A DNA stretch of 64,000 nucleotides from assembly GCA_048885765.1 (NCBI GenBank), contig JBHLLI010000001.1:2592-66591 (forward strand), in the 5' to 3' direction. The notes under the pieces are model-generated. The model was not told the DNA's origin. It saw only the letters and a list, made by a program, of their open reading frames with translations, and searched no databases. Position 1 is the first letter of the stretch. Every line of letters begins with the position of its first letter. Source of the stretch: Candidatus Hermodarchaeota archaeon (GTDB lineage Archaea > Asgardarchaeota > Lokiarchaeia > Sigyniarchaeales > SOKP01). Below, in pieces: positions 1-7,943 of this stretch. The position numbers were made by a program, and so were the translations under genes.

Positions 1-431
1 TCTCCTTACAACTATTTTAGCTGAGACTAACACTTCTCAGAGATATGAATATTATAAGAAAATTCAGTACTTAATTCATGATAAATACTATTATCATATG
101 CCCTTATTTTATGATAAACTCTCTTATGTACATGCTGAAACCTTAAAGGGATTTCCATATAACTGTATGAGAATATTATATTTATATCCAACATATCGCG
201 ATTAATATTAATTTTCAAACTATTGATATTTTTCCAACAAAACTTTATATTAGGCTATTTTTTTAATTTTATGTTAATTGAGAGACTATTGAGTTAATTT
301 AGATTAAAACATTATAAGTAAAAACGGAGAATATTTGATAGAAAATAAGAGGTCAGTTTTTACCATAATAATCATTGTATATGTTAATAATGATTTAATC
401 TGACTCAATTTTTATTAGTAATAAGGGAGAA

Positions 432-581
432 GTGATAAAATTGGTTAAAATAATAGTAAATTGTAAATCCTGTGGTAAAGAGATAAAATTAGATTTTAAC
501 GATTCAAGAGCATTATGTAAGAAGTGTAGAAAGAACACTACTACAAATGATAAAAAAACTTCGAGAAATTTCGATTTTTAA
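432..581 (+). CDS. possible small zinc-ribbon protein (~49 aa, below ORF-track cutoff)
   Basis: GTG at 432 (or in-frame TTG at 441) is preceded by 'AAGGGAGA'. Translation is VIKLVKIIVNCKSCGKEIKLDFNDSRALCKKCRKNTTTNDKKTSRNFDF, with two CxxC pairs. Stop TAA at 579-581. No family recognised. Confidence 0.3.
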   Translation: MIKLVKIIVNCKSCGKEIKLDFNDSRALCKKCRKNTTTNDKKTSRNFDF

Positions 582-634
582 TGAATATAAAAACAATCAT
601 TGAAATTTAAATTAAAAATAAAAAAAGAAAAAGT

Positions 635-1003
635 TTATTTTGCGTTTTCATCTTCTTCCATAATACCAAGCTTATTTCCTTCTGTGTCTTTAAACATGTA
701 AAAATAACCTACTCCAGGTACGGTTATTTTTGGAGTAGTTATAGTACCACCTGTGTTTTCTATTTTTTCTTTAAAATCATCTACATTGGAAACTTGAATA
801 TAATTGAAGACTTGATCATTGGGTTCTTCTCTTTTTTGTAATCCCCCATTGATTCCCTCTTCATCCTCTTTACCCGCTTCAATTATCCAATATTCCATCG
901 GACCTTCCCATTTTTCAATTTTCCAATTAAAGACTTTTTCATAAAAGTCTTTTGCTCGTAGAGGATCATCAGCATTAATCTCAAAATGTGCAATTTTAGG
1001 CAT
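635..1003 (-). CDS. VOC (glyoxalase/bleomycin-resistance/dioxygenase fold) family protein
   Basis: 122 aa. 'IAHFEINADDPLRAKDFYEKVFNW' and 'GVGYFYMFKDTEGNKLGIME' are typical of the paired beta-alpha-beta-beta-beta VOC modules. The size fits a single-domain VOC protein. Confidence 0.85.
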   Translation of the reverse strand: MPKIAHFEINADDPLRAKDFYEKVFNWKIEKWEGPMEYWIIEAGKEDEEGINGGLQKREEPNDQVFNYIQVSNVDDFKEKIENTGGTITTPKITVPGVGYFYMFKDTEGNKLGIMEEDENAK

Positions 1004-1165
1004 AGTATGACCACAATTTGTATTTCTTAGTCTAAATCATTCGCAAAAAATATAAATTTTTAGCTTGAGTTATAAAGGAATCAAAATATATTTAATATAA
1101 AAGAGTCTCATATTTTCTGAAAAAGTTTAATTTTAATCAAAAAACCTCTTGGTTTGAATAGTAAT

Positions 1166-1200
1166 CAAAAAAAAAAAGAAATTTAAAATAAAAAAACAAA
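1166..1200 (-). terminator. oligo-T tracts directly after the stop of the 644-aa gene (archaeal-type terminator candidate)
   Basis: On the minus strand the stop at 1202-1204 is followed by 'TTTGTTTTTTT' and a run of 11 T. Archaeal RNA polymerase terminates at oligo-T. Confidence 0.4.
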
Positions 1201-1201
1201 T

Positions 1202-3136
1202 TTAAAGTGCTAATTTATTTCTCCAAAAGCTAATTTTACTTCTTAATTCTTCCTTTTCAGCATTATTTAACAAATTCATATTACCTTTTAGTGAATTGAT
1301 TGCCATTCTTATTTGTCTTAAAATAGCGCTGAATCCTTTTTTTTCCAGAATATCATCCTGCAATTTTTCTAAAAGCAAAGCTAACTGCTCCCCGGGTAAT
1401 GTGTCGATTTTACTTGAAATATTATTAAATTGGTTTGAAAGATAAGCATTAGTTGATAAATCCATATCTGGTTGGATAACTGGTGTTTGCTTTATTGGCT
1501 CTACCTGAGGTTTTAAAGGTTCCTGAGCAGAGAGGGTTGGTGTTGGTTCAAGCTTAGGAGCTATTGGTTGTGAAACTTTTGGTGTGGGTGGACTAATTGG
1601 TTGTTGATACTGTGGTTGAGGCGTTATTGGTGTAGGTATTCCTTTAATGGCCTGTGTGATTTCTACCTGGTCAAATTTCTTACTTTGTATCCATACATCT
1701 TCTAATACAGCAGCAAATAATTTTACATGTTCCTCTAAAACTGAACCCATTCCCGCTATTTGTAATTCCCCGGTATCTGATTTTGACAGAACACACACTA
1801 CAACCTCTTCGAAATCTTTATTTATTGACCAGAGATTCTCTCTAGGAAAATGTCGTATAGTCAAGTTTGGATATCCTTCTGCTTGTTTAAATCTCATTTG
1901 ATCCTCTGGATTGTTTAGATCAAAATTTGTTGAAATTCTGATATTTATATGCTTTTTTAACCTTGTCAATGCAACTAAATCAACATCTTCCAACTTTGGA
2001 GCAACAATGTGAACTCGCATTTTTACTCGGGTTAACGATTCATTTATTTGAGCCTTGATTCCTTCTATACTTCTTACAAACCAAACATCTTTAAAACTTA
2101 AGAGAGATGCTTCTTTCGAACGTTCCCAAAATTCTTGCATTGTTAGTTCTGAGCTTTCTAATTGGTTTATAATGTTTAGGATGATATCATCTTGTATCGT
2201 TTCAAAGATTTCAGTACGGAATAAATCTTTCAGTTCAGCAATTCCGGTAAGAATATCATCATAGACACCTGTAACTCTTTTTTCTAAATCTTCTAATGTT
2301 GAAACCATTCCACCTTGAATATCAGTAAATACAGTCCCCAAATCAGTACTGATTTCACCAGCAGTATCAGTAATGCTACCTAATTGATTTATAACTTGGT
2401 CTAACATGTTTTGAGTAGTTTGCACGAATTTATCTTTAAATGTTTTAGTTATTTCTGTAAATTGCTCAGCAATTACTTTTGACACAATTTTTTCTGCCAT
2501 GCTGCTCAATGCTCCAACCCTAAATTGCTTTTCGAATCTGGTTGCAATTTCAGATTTTACAGAATCTAAGCGGGACCCCATTGCTTCAAAATCTCTAGTT
2601 ATATCTGCAGGAACAATTTCTTTTAAATTAAGGATAAATCTTCTTACATCTTGAAACCTCTTTACTTGCTCCATTTCTTTTTCAAAACGACCGAATTGTT
2701 CCTTTATTTGCGCGGGTAGTTTTGTTTTCATTATTTGAAGATAAGTCTTATAGTCGTCCAATTTCTTAAGTTTTGTGGATTGTTCTCCCAATGAATCAAA
2801 TTTGGCTTGTATATTTTGGGGTGTGATATTTTGAAACGTTTTTATCATCTCCTTAAACTGATGAATTTGACCCACAAGTGCAGCATAAGGTGGTAGAGCT
2901 TCATAAATTGGCATTTTTCCGGGAATTTGCTTAAGAAGTCCCTTTTCAAATAAGTTATTGGCAATTTGCGCTGCTCTTTCTTCTGTAGTATTATTCAGTA
3001 ATGCTATTTCGCCAACCATTACAGGTCCTCTTCCTGTTATTTTATAATAAGTGTCAACTTCATCGTGCGCTAATCCAATGAGTTCCAAAACATGCTTTGT
3101 TGATGAGTCATCTTCTTTTGACAAGTTAACTATCAT
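1202..3136 (-). CDS. TrmB-like winged-helix protein with long coiled-coil region, TrmB-C/PLD-like region and P/Q-rich linker
   Basis: 644 aa. N-terminus 'HVLELIGLAHDEVDTYYKITGRGPVMVGEIALLNNTTEERAAQIANNLFEKGLL' looks like a TrmB-type wHTH. It is followed by ~250 aa of heptad-like helical sequence and then 'RVKMRVHIVAPKLEDVDLVALTRLKKHINIRIS'. A P/Q-rich stretch 'PTPITPQPQYQQPISPPTPKVSQPIAPKLEPTPT' precedes a helical C-terminus. It is the last gene of a tightly packed operon. Confidence 0.5.
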   Translation of the reverse strand: MIVNLSKEDDSSTKHVLELIGLAHDEVDTYYKITGRGPVMVGEIALLNNTTEERAAQIANNLFEKGLLKQIPGKMPIYEALPPYAALVGQIHQFKEMIKTFQNITPQNIQAKFDSLGEQSTKLKKLDDYKTYLQIMKTKLPAQIKEQFGRFEKEMEQVKRFQDVRRFILNLKEIVPADITRDFEAMGSRLDSVKSEIATRFEKQFRVGALSSMAEKIVSKVIAEQFTEITKTFKDKFVQTTQNMLDQVINQLGSITDTAGEISTDLGTVFTDIQGGMVSTLEDLEKRVTGVYDDILTGIAELKDLFRTEIFETIQDDIILNIINQLESSELTMQEFWERSKEASLLSFKDVWFVRSIEGIKAQINESLTRVKMRVHIVAPKLEDVDLVALTRLKKHINIRISTNFDLNNPEDQMRFKQAEGYPNLTIRHFPRENLWSINKDFEEVVVCVLSKSDTGELQIAGMGSVLEEHVKLFAAVLEDVWIQSKKFDQVEITQAIKGIPTPITPQPQYQQPISPPTPKVSQPIAPKLEPTPTLSAQEPLKPQVEPIKQTPVIQPDMDLSTNAYLSNQFNNISSKIDTLPGEQLALLLEKLQDDILEKKGFSAILRQIRMAINSLKGNMNLLNNAEKEELRSKISFWRNKLAL

Positions 3137-3142
3137 CTCCTT

Positions 3143-4270
3143 TTATTTTTTATATGCGGCTTCAAGAAATTCTAGATGCTTTATTGCTATATTTTTATTT
3201 AATTTACCTTCCATTCTATCTTTACGAATCTTTTCTATTAAATATTCGGGATAAAAAGTATGAACAACGATATCAGTTAATAAAAATACCCATAATGTAT
3301 CTTTACTATCTCTTATGACTTTAAGAATTTGGTCATCTTCCATACCTTTTAGAAAAGTTCCGATTTGGTCTAGGCTTTCTCCAGGCCCTTTTGGAATTTT
3401 ATTTATGGGATATGCTCTCTCTCTAAATAAAGTTATGTAATCATAATTATCGGGATTCATTAATGTACGGGCAATTTTTAAGTTATCCTCAAAATTAGGT
3501 GTATATTTTGAGAAAAATTTAGCAACTTCTTCAAGGTATTTTGAGGCAACTTCAGGGGTTGGTAAGTTTTTCTTAGCGTCTTCAACTAACTTCGATACTG
3601 GTGATCTAAAAATTGTAAAATCAGTAAGAAGAAATAAAGTTATATCCGTATCACCTTCCACCCAATCTTGCATTAATAATCCAGTTTTGATAAAAGGATC
3701 CAAGACATATTCTATATTTGGGATTATTTTCTGCAATTTTTCTTCAATAATCCCTTGTAATTCCCTTCTAGATAACGATCTTTCCTGTAAAGCCTCTAAT
3801 ATTGTTCTTGCTTTTTCACTTGTATAGATTTGTGCTAATCTTTGTTCCTTTGACAAATTTTTTAATCTATCCAAGAGAATTAATGTATTTCTCAAATATA
3901 GCTTTATCGTTTTTACAATTTCATAACTTTGGGCTACATTAGTACTCATTTGTCTTAAATATTTCACTAAATCTTGATTTATTTCTTGTAATACAGCTTC
4001 ACCAAACATTTCTGGATCCTCTCCTAACTCTAACATTAAGTTTATCATTACTGGCATATCAGATTCCATACCTGTAAAAAAACTTGATACATTAGAGCGA
4101 GCTTTTTCTAATCTTACTAAAACGTTTCCAGCCGCACCTGCACCTGTTATGTGGGCATAAAAAATTCGCATCATATCATCTAAATCAATTGCAAGGTCTT
4201 CCGGATAACTAAGCTTTACAACTAGACCTTGATCTTCAGTCCATTCAGTTATAATAAAACCATGGGGCAT
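3143..4270 (-). CDS. soluble longin-like domain + tandem winged-helix-like protein; stand-alone homolog of the cytoplasmic domain of the 2084-aa surface protein
   Basis: 375 aa with no TM segment. By-eye alignment to the C-terminal 440 aa of ORF 53430-59684 gives four matched pairs. 'GFIITEWTEDQGLVVKLSYPEDL' matches 'GILFMKWDEKIGTEILAKYPEAI'. 'NVSSFFTGMESDMPVMINLMLELGEDPEMF' matches 'NILSYYTGAEKGYYLVLLLNLDDDPDFY'. 'LFLLTDFTIFRSP' matches 'IFFINDLFTLRTP'. 'WVFLLTDIVVHTFYPEYLIEKI' matches 'YYALLTDVYVDFIFPKYLLSAV'. The start codon abuts the stop of the upstream gene (4270/4271). Confidence 0.55.
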   Translation of the reverse strand: MPHGFIITEWTEDQGLVVKLSYPEDLAIDLDDMMRIFYAHITGAGAAGNVLVRLEKARSNVSSFFTGMESDMPVMINLMLELGEDPEMFGEAVLQEINQDLVKYLRQMSTNVAQSYEIVKTIKLYLRNTLILLDRLKNLSKEQRLAQIYTSEKARTILEALQERSLSRRELQGIIEEKLQKIIPNIEYVLDPFIKTGLLMQDWVEGDTDITLFLLTDFTIFRSPVSKLVEDAKKNLPTPEVASKYLEEVAKFFSKYTPNFEDNLKIARTLMNPDNYDYITLFRERAYPINKIPKGPGESLDQIGTFLKGMEDDQILKVIRDSKDTLWVFLLTDIVVHTFYPEYLIEKIRKDRMEGKLNKNIAIKHLEFLEAAYKK

Positions 4271-5938
4271 TTATTTTTCTTCCTCTTTTTTTATAATTAA
4301 TTTTTCATTATTTTGATGTTGTAATAATTCTGAACTTAAAATGGTTTTCTGATCTTCAAAATTATTTCTAATAAGTTCCTCCCTTTGATCTACTATAATA
4401 GGTTTCATCGTTTTTGATTTTTTCACTTTTTTCTTTAATTTTCTTATTTTTCTTACAGTAGGAGGATATTTAAAATGACCTTGATATAGACTTATGACTA
4501 TTACAATTCCAATAATAGCTCCTGTTAATGTATAAACCAACCAGCTCAAATCTGGTCCAGGACTCACTGGTTCATCAGGTTCTACAATAATATAAGAAAT
4601 ATCAAGCGATACGTCATCTATTGAAACTGTTATATTTTGATCTAAAATAAAATCATCTGCTAAATAGACTTGAAGTGAAATATTAACATCGTCTGTTATT
4701 AAGTTGGTCACATCGAAACCGCCAATTTTCGCATCTTGAAAGGAAGTGGTGGCAGTACTTAATTTAACAGTTTCTGTGTGTTTGTTATCATTAATCAGGA
4801 TCCTAATTTCTGAATTAGGAGATATTGAAGAATTCCATAAATTATCAATTTTATACTTAAAATTAAGAGTCGCATTTTGTACTAAAACAGGATAAGTGCT
4901 AACATTACTCATCTTCTCACAATCCTGGTTCCATGAAATTGTAGTAAATCTATCAATTTTTTTCTGATAATCGAATGTGAGATTGCAGGATTTAAAAAGC
5001 AAGGAATAGTATGTATCTCGATCTGATTGAGCATAATTATCTTCAACATCAATATCTATCCCTAGAAAGATAGTAAAGTTATGATCATCATAATCTAAGA
5101 CTTTTTCTAAATAATAGGTTAGTACATCTTCGGGTAAAGGAACTAAATATGTATCATATACATAATTTTCGATTCCATCACTAGGGGTGTCATTACTCGC
5201 AGGAAGATCTCCAATTCCTAAATCACGAGGTAAATAACTAGCTGCCAAATATCTATCCTCCTGTTCCATATCAGATAATTGTACATAGAAAGTTACATGA
5301 TCAAATTCTGCTGCTGATGGACTCGCTCCAGTTAAATTATCATTGGGGGTTTCAACATTTGTATTTGCTGTTGCATTGAATAATACTGATAAATCTACTG
5401 CTGAAATTGAATAATCACTCATATTATGCGGCATTTCAATAATTCTTCTCCATAATACACTCGGGCGATTACGTGTTTGATTACCCATGACACCGTATAT
5501 ATTTAGAGTTGAACTTTCCCAATATTCATGTTTTGCTTCACATCCATCTTGGTTAATTTCATAAACATCAGGATAAATTGAGTCTCCTGGTTTTTTTGTA
5601 GGTGTCCAATCTGATGCATTTGGTGGGCCAGATATGTTTGAAAAAGTCCACTCTTCACCAATTATTTTCCAATTTGCTTGACCCTCGCTGATAATTCCAT
5701 TTACATCAGAATTATCACCTTCAGAATCCATATACCAGTATGTTTGGGAAGAAAAATCAGAATTTTTCACCCATTGTTCTTCTCCTGGTACTTCAGCAGC
5801 AAGCTCTAGTGAATTTTCTGCCTTAGTATCTAGAGCCAATCTTGATATATTTATTGAAGTATTACCAAGAATTAATGTGAAAACAAACATAAATAATAAA
5901 ATTGAATAATTGATTTTCTTGTTATTCATCAGTATCAC
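4271..5938 (-). CDS. type I membrane surface protein (paralog A), sequon-rich ectodomain, conserved basic cytoplasmic tail
   Basis: 555 aa. N-terminal hydrophobic anchor/signal 'YSILLFMFVFTLILG' and many N-x-S/T sites. C-terminal 'SPGPDLSWLVYTLTGAIIGIVIVISLYQGHFKYPPTVRKIRKLKKKVKKSK'. Overlaps the upstream paralog by 17 nt. Confidence 0.8.
   Translation of the reverse strand: MILMNNKKINYSILLFMFVFTLILGNTSINISRLALDTKAENSLELAAEVPGEEQWVKNSDFSSQTYWYMDSEGDNSDVNGIISEGQANWKIIGEEWTFSNISGPPNASDWTPTKKPGDSIYPDVYEINQDGCEAKHEYWESSTLNIYGVMGNQTRNRPSVLWRRIIEMPHNMSDYSISAVDLSVLFNATANTNVETPNDNLTGASPSAAEFDHVTFYVQLSDMEQEDRYLAASYLPRDLGIGDLPASNDTPSDGIENYVYDTYLVPLPEDVLTYYLEKVLDYDDHNFTIFLGIDIDVEDNYAQSDRDTYYSLLFKSCNLTFDYQKKIDRFTTISWNQDCEKMSNVSTYPVLVQNATLNFKYKIDNLWNSSISPNSEIRILINDNKHTETVKLSTATTSFQDAKIGGFDVTNLITDDVNISLQVYLADDFILDQNITVSIDDVSLDISYIIVEPDEPVSPGPDLSWLVYTLTGAIIGIVIVISLYQGHFKYPPTVRKIRKLKKKVKKSKTMKPIIVDQREELIRNNFEDQKTILSSELLQHQNNEKLIIKKEEEK
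4571..4996 (-). repeat. near-identical duplicated block, copy 1 (partner 6285-6710, constant offset 1714 nt)
   Basis: Direct reading shows about 10 mismatches over ~415 nt. A stretch of ~240 nt (about 4581-4824) has no mismatch. It encodes the membrane-proximal ectodomain 'FDYQKKIDRFTTISWNQDCEK...SIDDVSLDISYIIVEPDEP'. Confidence 0.9.
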
Positions 5939-7655
5939 CCTTTTTCTGTAATTTGGTATCTATATTTATAAGCTCTTTTTTAGCAATTGTTTCACTAGTA
6001 GTATTTTTGTCTATTTCTTGTGCTTGTTTCATTTGGATCTGTTCAAAACCAAGTATTTCTAGCCTTTCCTGAATATTATTACCAATAATTCCGTTTCTTT
6101 TGTTTACCATTATAGGTTTCAATTTTTTAGATTTTTTTACTTTTTTCTTTAGTTTTCTTATTTTTCTTACCATCGGGGGATATTTGAAGTGTCCTTGATA
6201 TAATCCGAAAACAATAACGATACCACCAATAACAGCAATTAATAAGTAAACAAGCCAACCCAATTCAGGCCCTGGGCTTATTGGTTCATCAGGCTCTACA
6301 ATAATATAAGAAATATCAAGCGATACGTCATCTATTGAAACTGTTATATTTTGATCTAAAATAAAATCATCTGCTAAATAGACTTGAAGTGAAATATTAA
6401 CATCGTCTGTTATTAAGTTGGTCACATCGAAACCGCCAATTTTCGCATCTTGAAAGGAAGTGGTGGCAGTACTTAATTTAACAGTTTCTGTGTGTTTGTT
6501 ATCATTAATCAGGATCCTAATTTCTGAATTAGGAGATAATGAAGAATTCCATAAATTGTCGATTTTATACTTAAAATTAAGAGTTGCATTTTGTACTAAA
6601 ACAGGATAAGTGCTAATATTACTTATCTTCTCACAATCCTGGTTCCATGAAATTGTAGTAAATCTATCAATTTTTTTCTGATAGTCGAATGTAAGATTAC
6701 AGGTTTTAAATAGTAGATAGTACCATGTATCTAATTCCAAATTAGAATAATTATCTTCATTATAAATATCAATACCAAGTGTTACTCTAAAATTTTGATC
6801 ATCATGACTTAATACTCGGCTAAGATAAAAGATTAACTCATCTTCGTCATCGATTTTCATTAAAGTATCGTTTATTTTACTTGCAATTGCTCTACCCCCT
6901 CTCTCATCTCTATTCGCGTATCCACTTCCTAAATCAATAGTCTGATTATATAATACTTCATACATCTCTATTTTGTTTAGGTCTGAAAGATAAACTGAAA
7001 AGCGAACGTGATCATATTCAGCTGCATAACCACTTGTAGGTTCTCCCTGAATGGATTCAAAGGGAGTTTCAATATTTATATCAGCACTTGCATTAAATAT
7101 CGCTGAAAGGTCAGCTGATGTTATCGAATAATCTTCCATATTAACTGGCATTGTTACAATTCTATTCCAATGAACAATTGGGTTGTTTCGACTTTGATTC
7201 CTTGGATAACCATATATATTTAGACCGCCTGATCCTTCCCAATATTCATGAGTAGCATTTAAACCATATGGCGTGAATTCATAAACATCTGGAAGGATAG
7301 AGATTGCTGATTCTTTCCCTGGTGTCCAAGCTGTAGCGCTTGGTACACCAGTTATATTTGAAAAGGACTGATGTTCTCCAATAATTACGAAATTTCCTTG
7401 TTCTCCACTAATAATTCCATCAACGTCAGTAAGATCTCCCTCAGATTCCATATACCAGTATGCTTGGGAACTAAAATCAGTATTTTTTACCCATTGTCCT
7501 TCTCCCGGGATTTCACCAGCAACCTGGACTCCATTTAGTTGAGCAAAATTAATAATTGTGTACAAATTAAATGGAAGATTTAAAAAAATAATAGTTAAAA
7601 CAAAAACACCTAGTAAAAGATGTTTTTTTTTTCTTTCCATCATCATATCTCTCAA
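5922..7655 (-). CDS. type I membrane surface protein (paralog B), sequon-rich ectodomain, conserved basic cytoplasmic tail
   Basis: 577 aa with signal/anchor 'HLLLGVFVLTIIFLNL'. The N-terminal half resembles paralog A only moderately by eye, while the C-terminal ectodomain is nearly identical. TM plus tail is 'LYQGHFKYPPMVRKIRKLKKKVKKSKK'. Confidence 0.8.
   Translation of the reverse strand: MRDMMMERKKKHLLLGVFVLTIIFLNLPFNLYTIINFAQLNGVQVAGEIPGEGQWVKNTDFSSQAYWYMESEGDLTDVDGIISGEQGNFVIIGEHQSFSNITGVPSATAWTPGKESAISILPDVYEFTPYGLNATHEYWEGSGGLNIYGYPRNQSRNNPIVHWNRIVTMPVNMEDYSITSADLSAIFNASADINIETPFESIQGEPTSGYAAEYDHVRFSVYLSDLNKIEMYEVLYNQTIDLGSGYANRDERGGRAIASKINDTLMKIDDEDELIFYLSRVLSHDDQNFRVTLGIDIYNEDNYSNLELDTWYYLLFKTCNLTFDYQKKIDRFTTISWNQDCEKISNISTYPVLVQNATLNFKYKIDNLWNSSLSPNSEIRILINDNKHTETVKLSTATTSFQDAKIGGFDVTNLITDDVNISLQVYLADDFILDQNITVSIDDVSLDISYIIVEPDEPISPGPELGWLVYLLIAVIGGIVIVFGLYQGHFKYPPMVRKIRKLKKKVKKSKKLKPIMVNKRNGIIGNNIQERLEILGFEQIQMKQAQEIDKNTTSETIAKKELINIDTKLQKKGDTDE
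6285..6710 (-). repeat. near-identical duplicated block, copy 2 (partner 4571-4996)
   Basis: Same evidence as copy 1. Confidence 0.9.
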
Positions 7656-7741
7656 TATTTCAATAAGTCTTTATTTTTATAACTAAACTTCACTAGAAAT
7701 TTAGTAAATTTATAATAAATGAATAAGTTATTTGTCGAATT

Positions 7742-7775
7742 TAGGATAATAATAGAAATATAGTGTATAAAAATC
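7742..7775 (-). promoter_or_regulatory. conserved 34-bp upstream element (copy 1), contains a TATA-like box
   Basis: 'TAGGATAATAATAGAAATATAGTGTATAAAAATC' lies 86 nt upstream of the 577-aa gene start. It matches 29 of 34 positions of 11745-11778, upstream of the 1241-aa gene. In gene orientation it begins 'GATTTTTATACAC'. Confidence 0.5.
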
Positions 7776-7943
7776 TTTTTTTAGTCGTTGAAAATAATTC
7801 TCATTTATGAATTATATAAAAATCAAAAATATTAGCATATTATATTTATAGAGTTTTCAAACTTAAAATGGAGTTATAACAAAACCCCCATAAATGATAT
7901 TACCAATTATAGAAAGATAGTGTAAAAAAAATTTTTTTTAAAT

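Noticed and set aside
27-218. 63-aa minus-strand ORF at the left edge of the window
   Set aside because: I recognise no motif and see no convincing ribosome-binding or promoter context. A short open frame in AT-rich DNA is not sufficient. It could be real, but I cannot support it.
1647-1901. Antisense 'shadow' ORFs inside long coding regions. Examples from the ORF track: 1647-1901, 2055-2264, 3051-3254, 7966-8157, 9312-9578, 9927-10127, 10353-10574, 10976-11164, 12196-12384, 14963-15196, 15657-15845, 16508-16726, 17813-18139, 19000-19254, 19600-19872, 19918-20136, 21590-22247, 29000-29218, 29770-30015, 31099-31542, 31798-32001, 32712-32924, 36061-36258, 37290-37484, 41523-41714, 45327-45524, 46198-46389, 47387-47954, 48770-49123, 52431-52649, 54286-54609, 56487-56729, 58277-59218, 60440-60628 and 63375-63650.
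   Set aside because: Each lies wholly or mostly within a longer opposite-strand or overlapping-frame ORF that has recognisable domains. Their translations are low-complexity (I/F/L/S/K-rich), as expected for the antisense of AT-rich coding DNA. None has start-site support.
4420-4570. Possible PGF-CTERM/PEP-CTERM-like archaeosortase sorting signal. The pattern is the 'SPGP' motif, a TM helix and a basic cluster in the three surface proteins.
   Set aside because: Sortase-type signals sit at the extreme C-terminus with only a few basic residues after the helix. Here 70-95 further residues follow, the basic segment is a long conserved motif, and no archaeosortase gene is in the window. I therefore interpret it as a cytoplasmic interaction tail.
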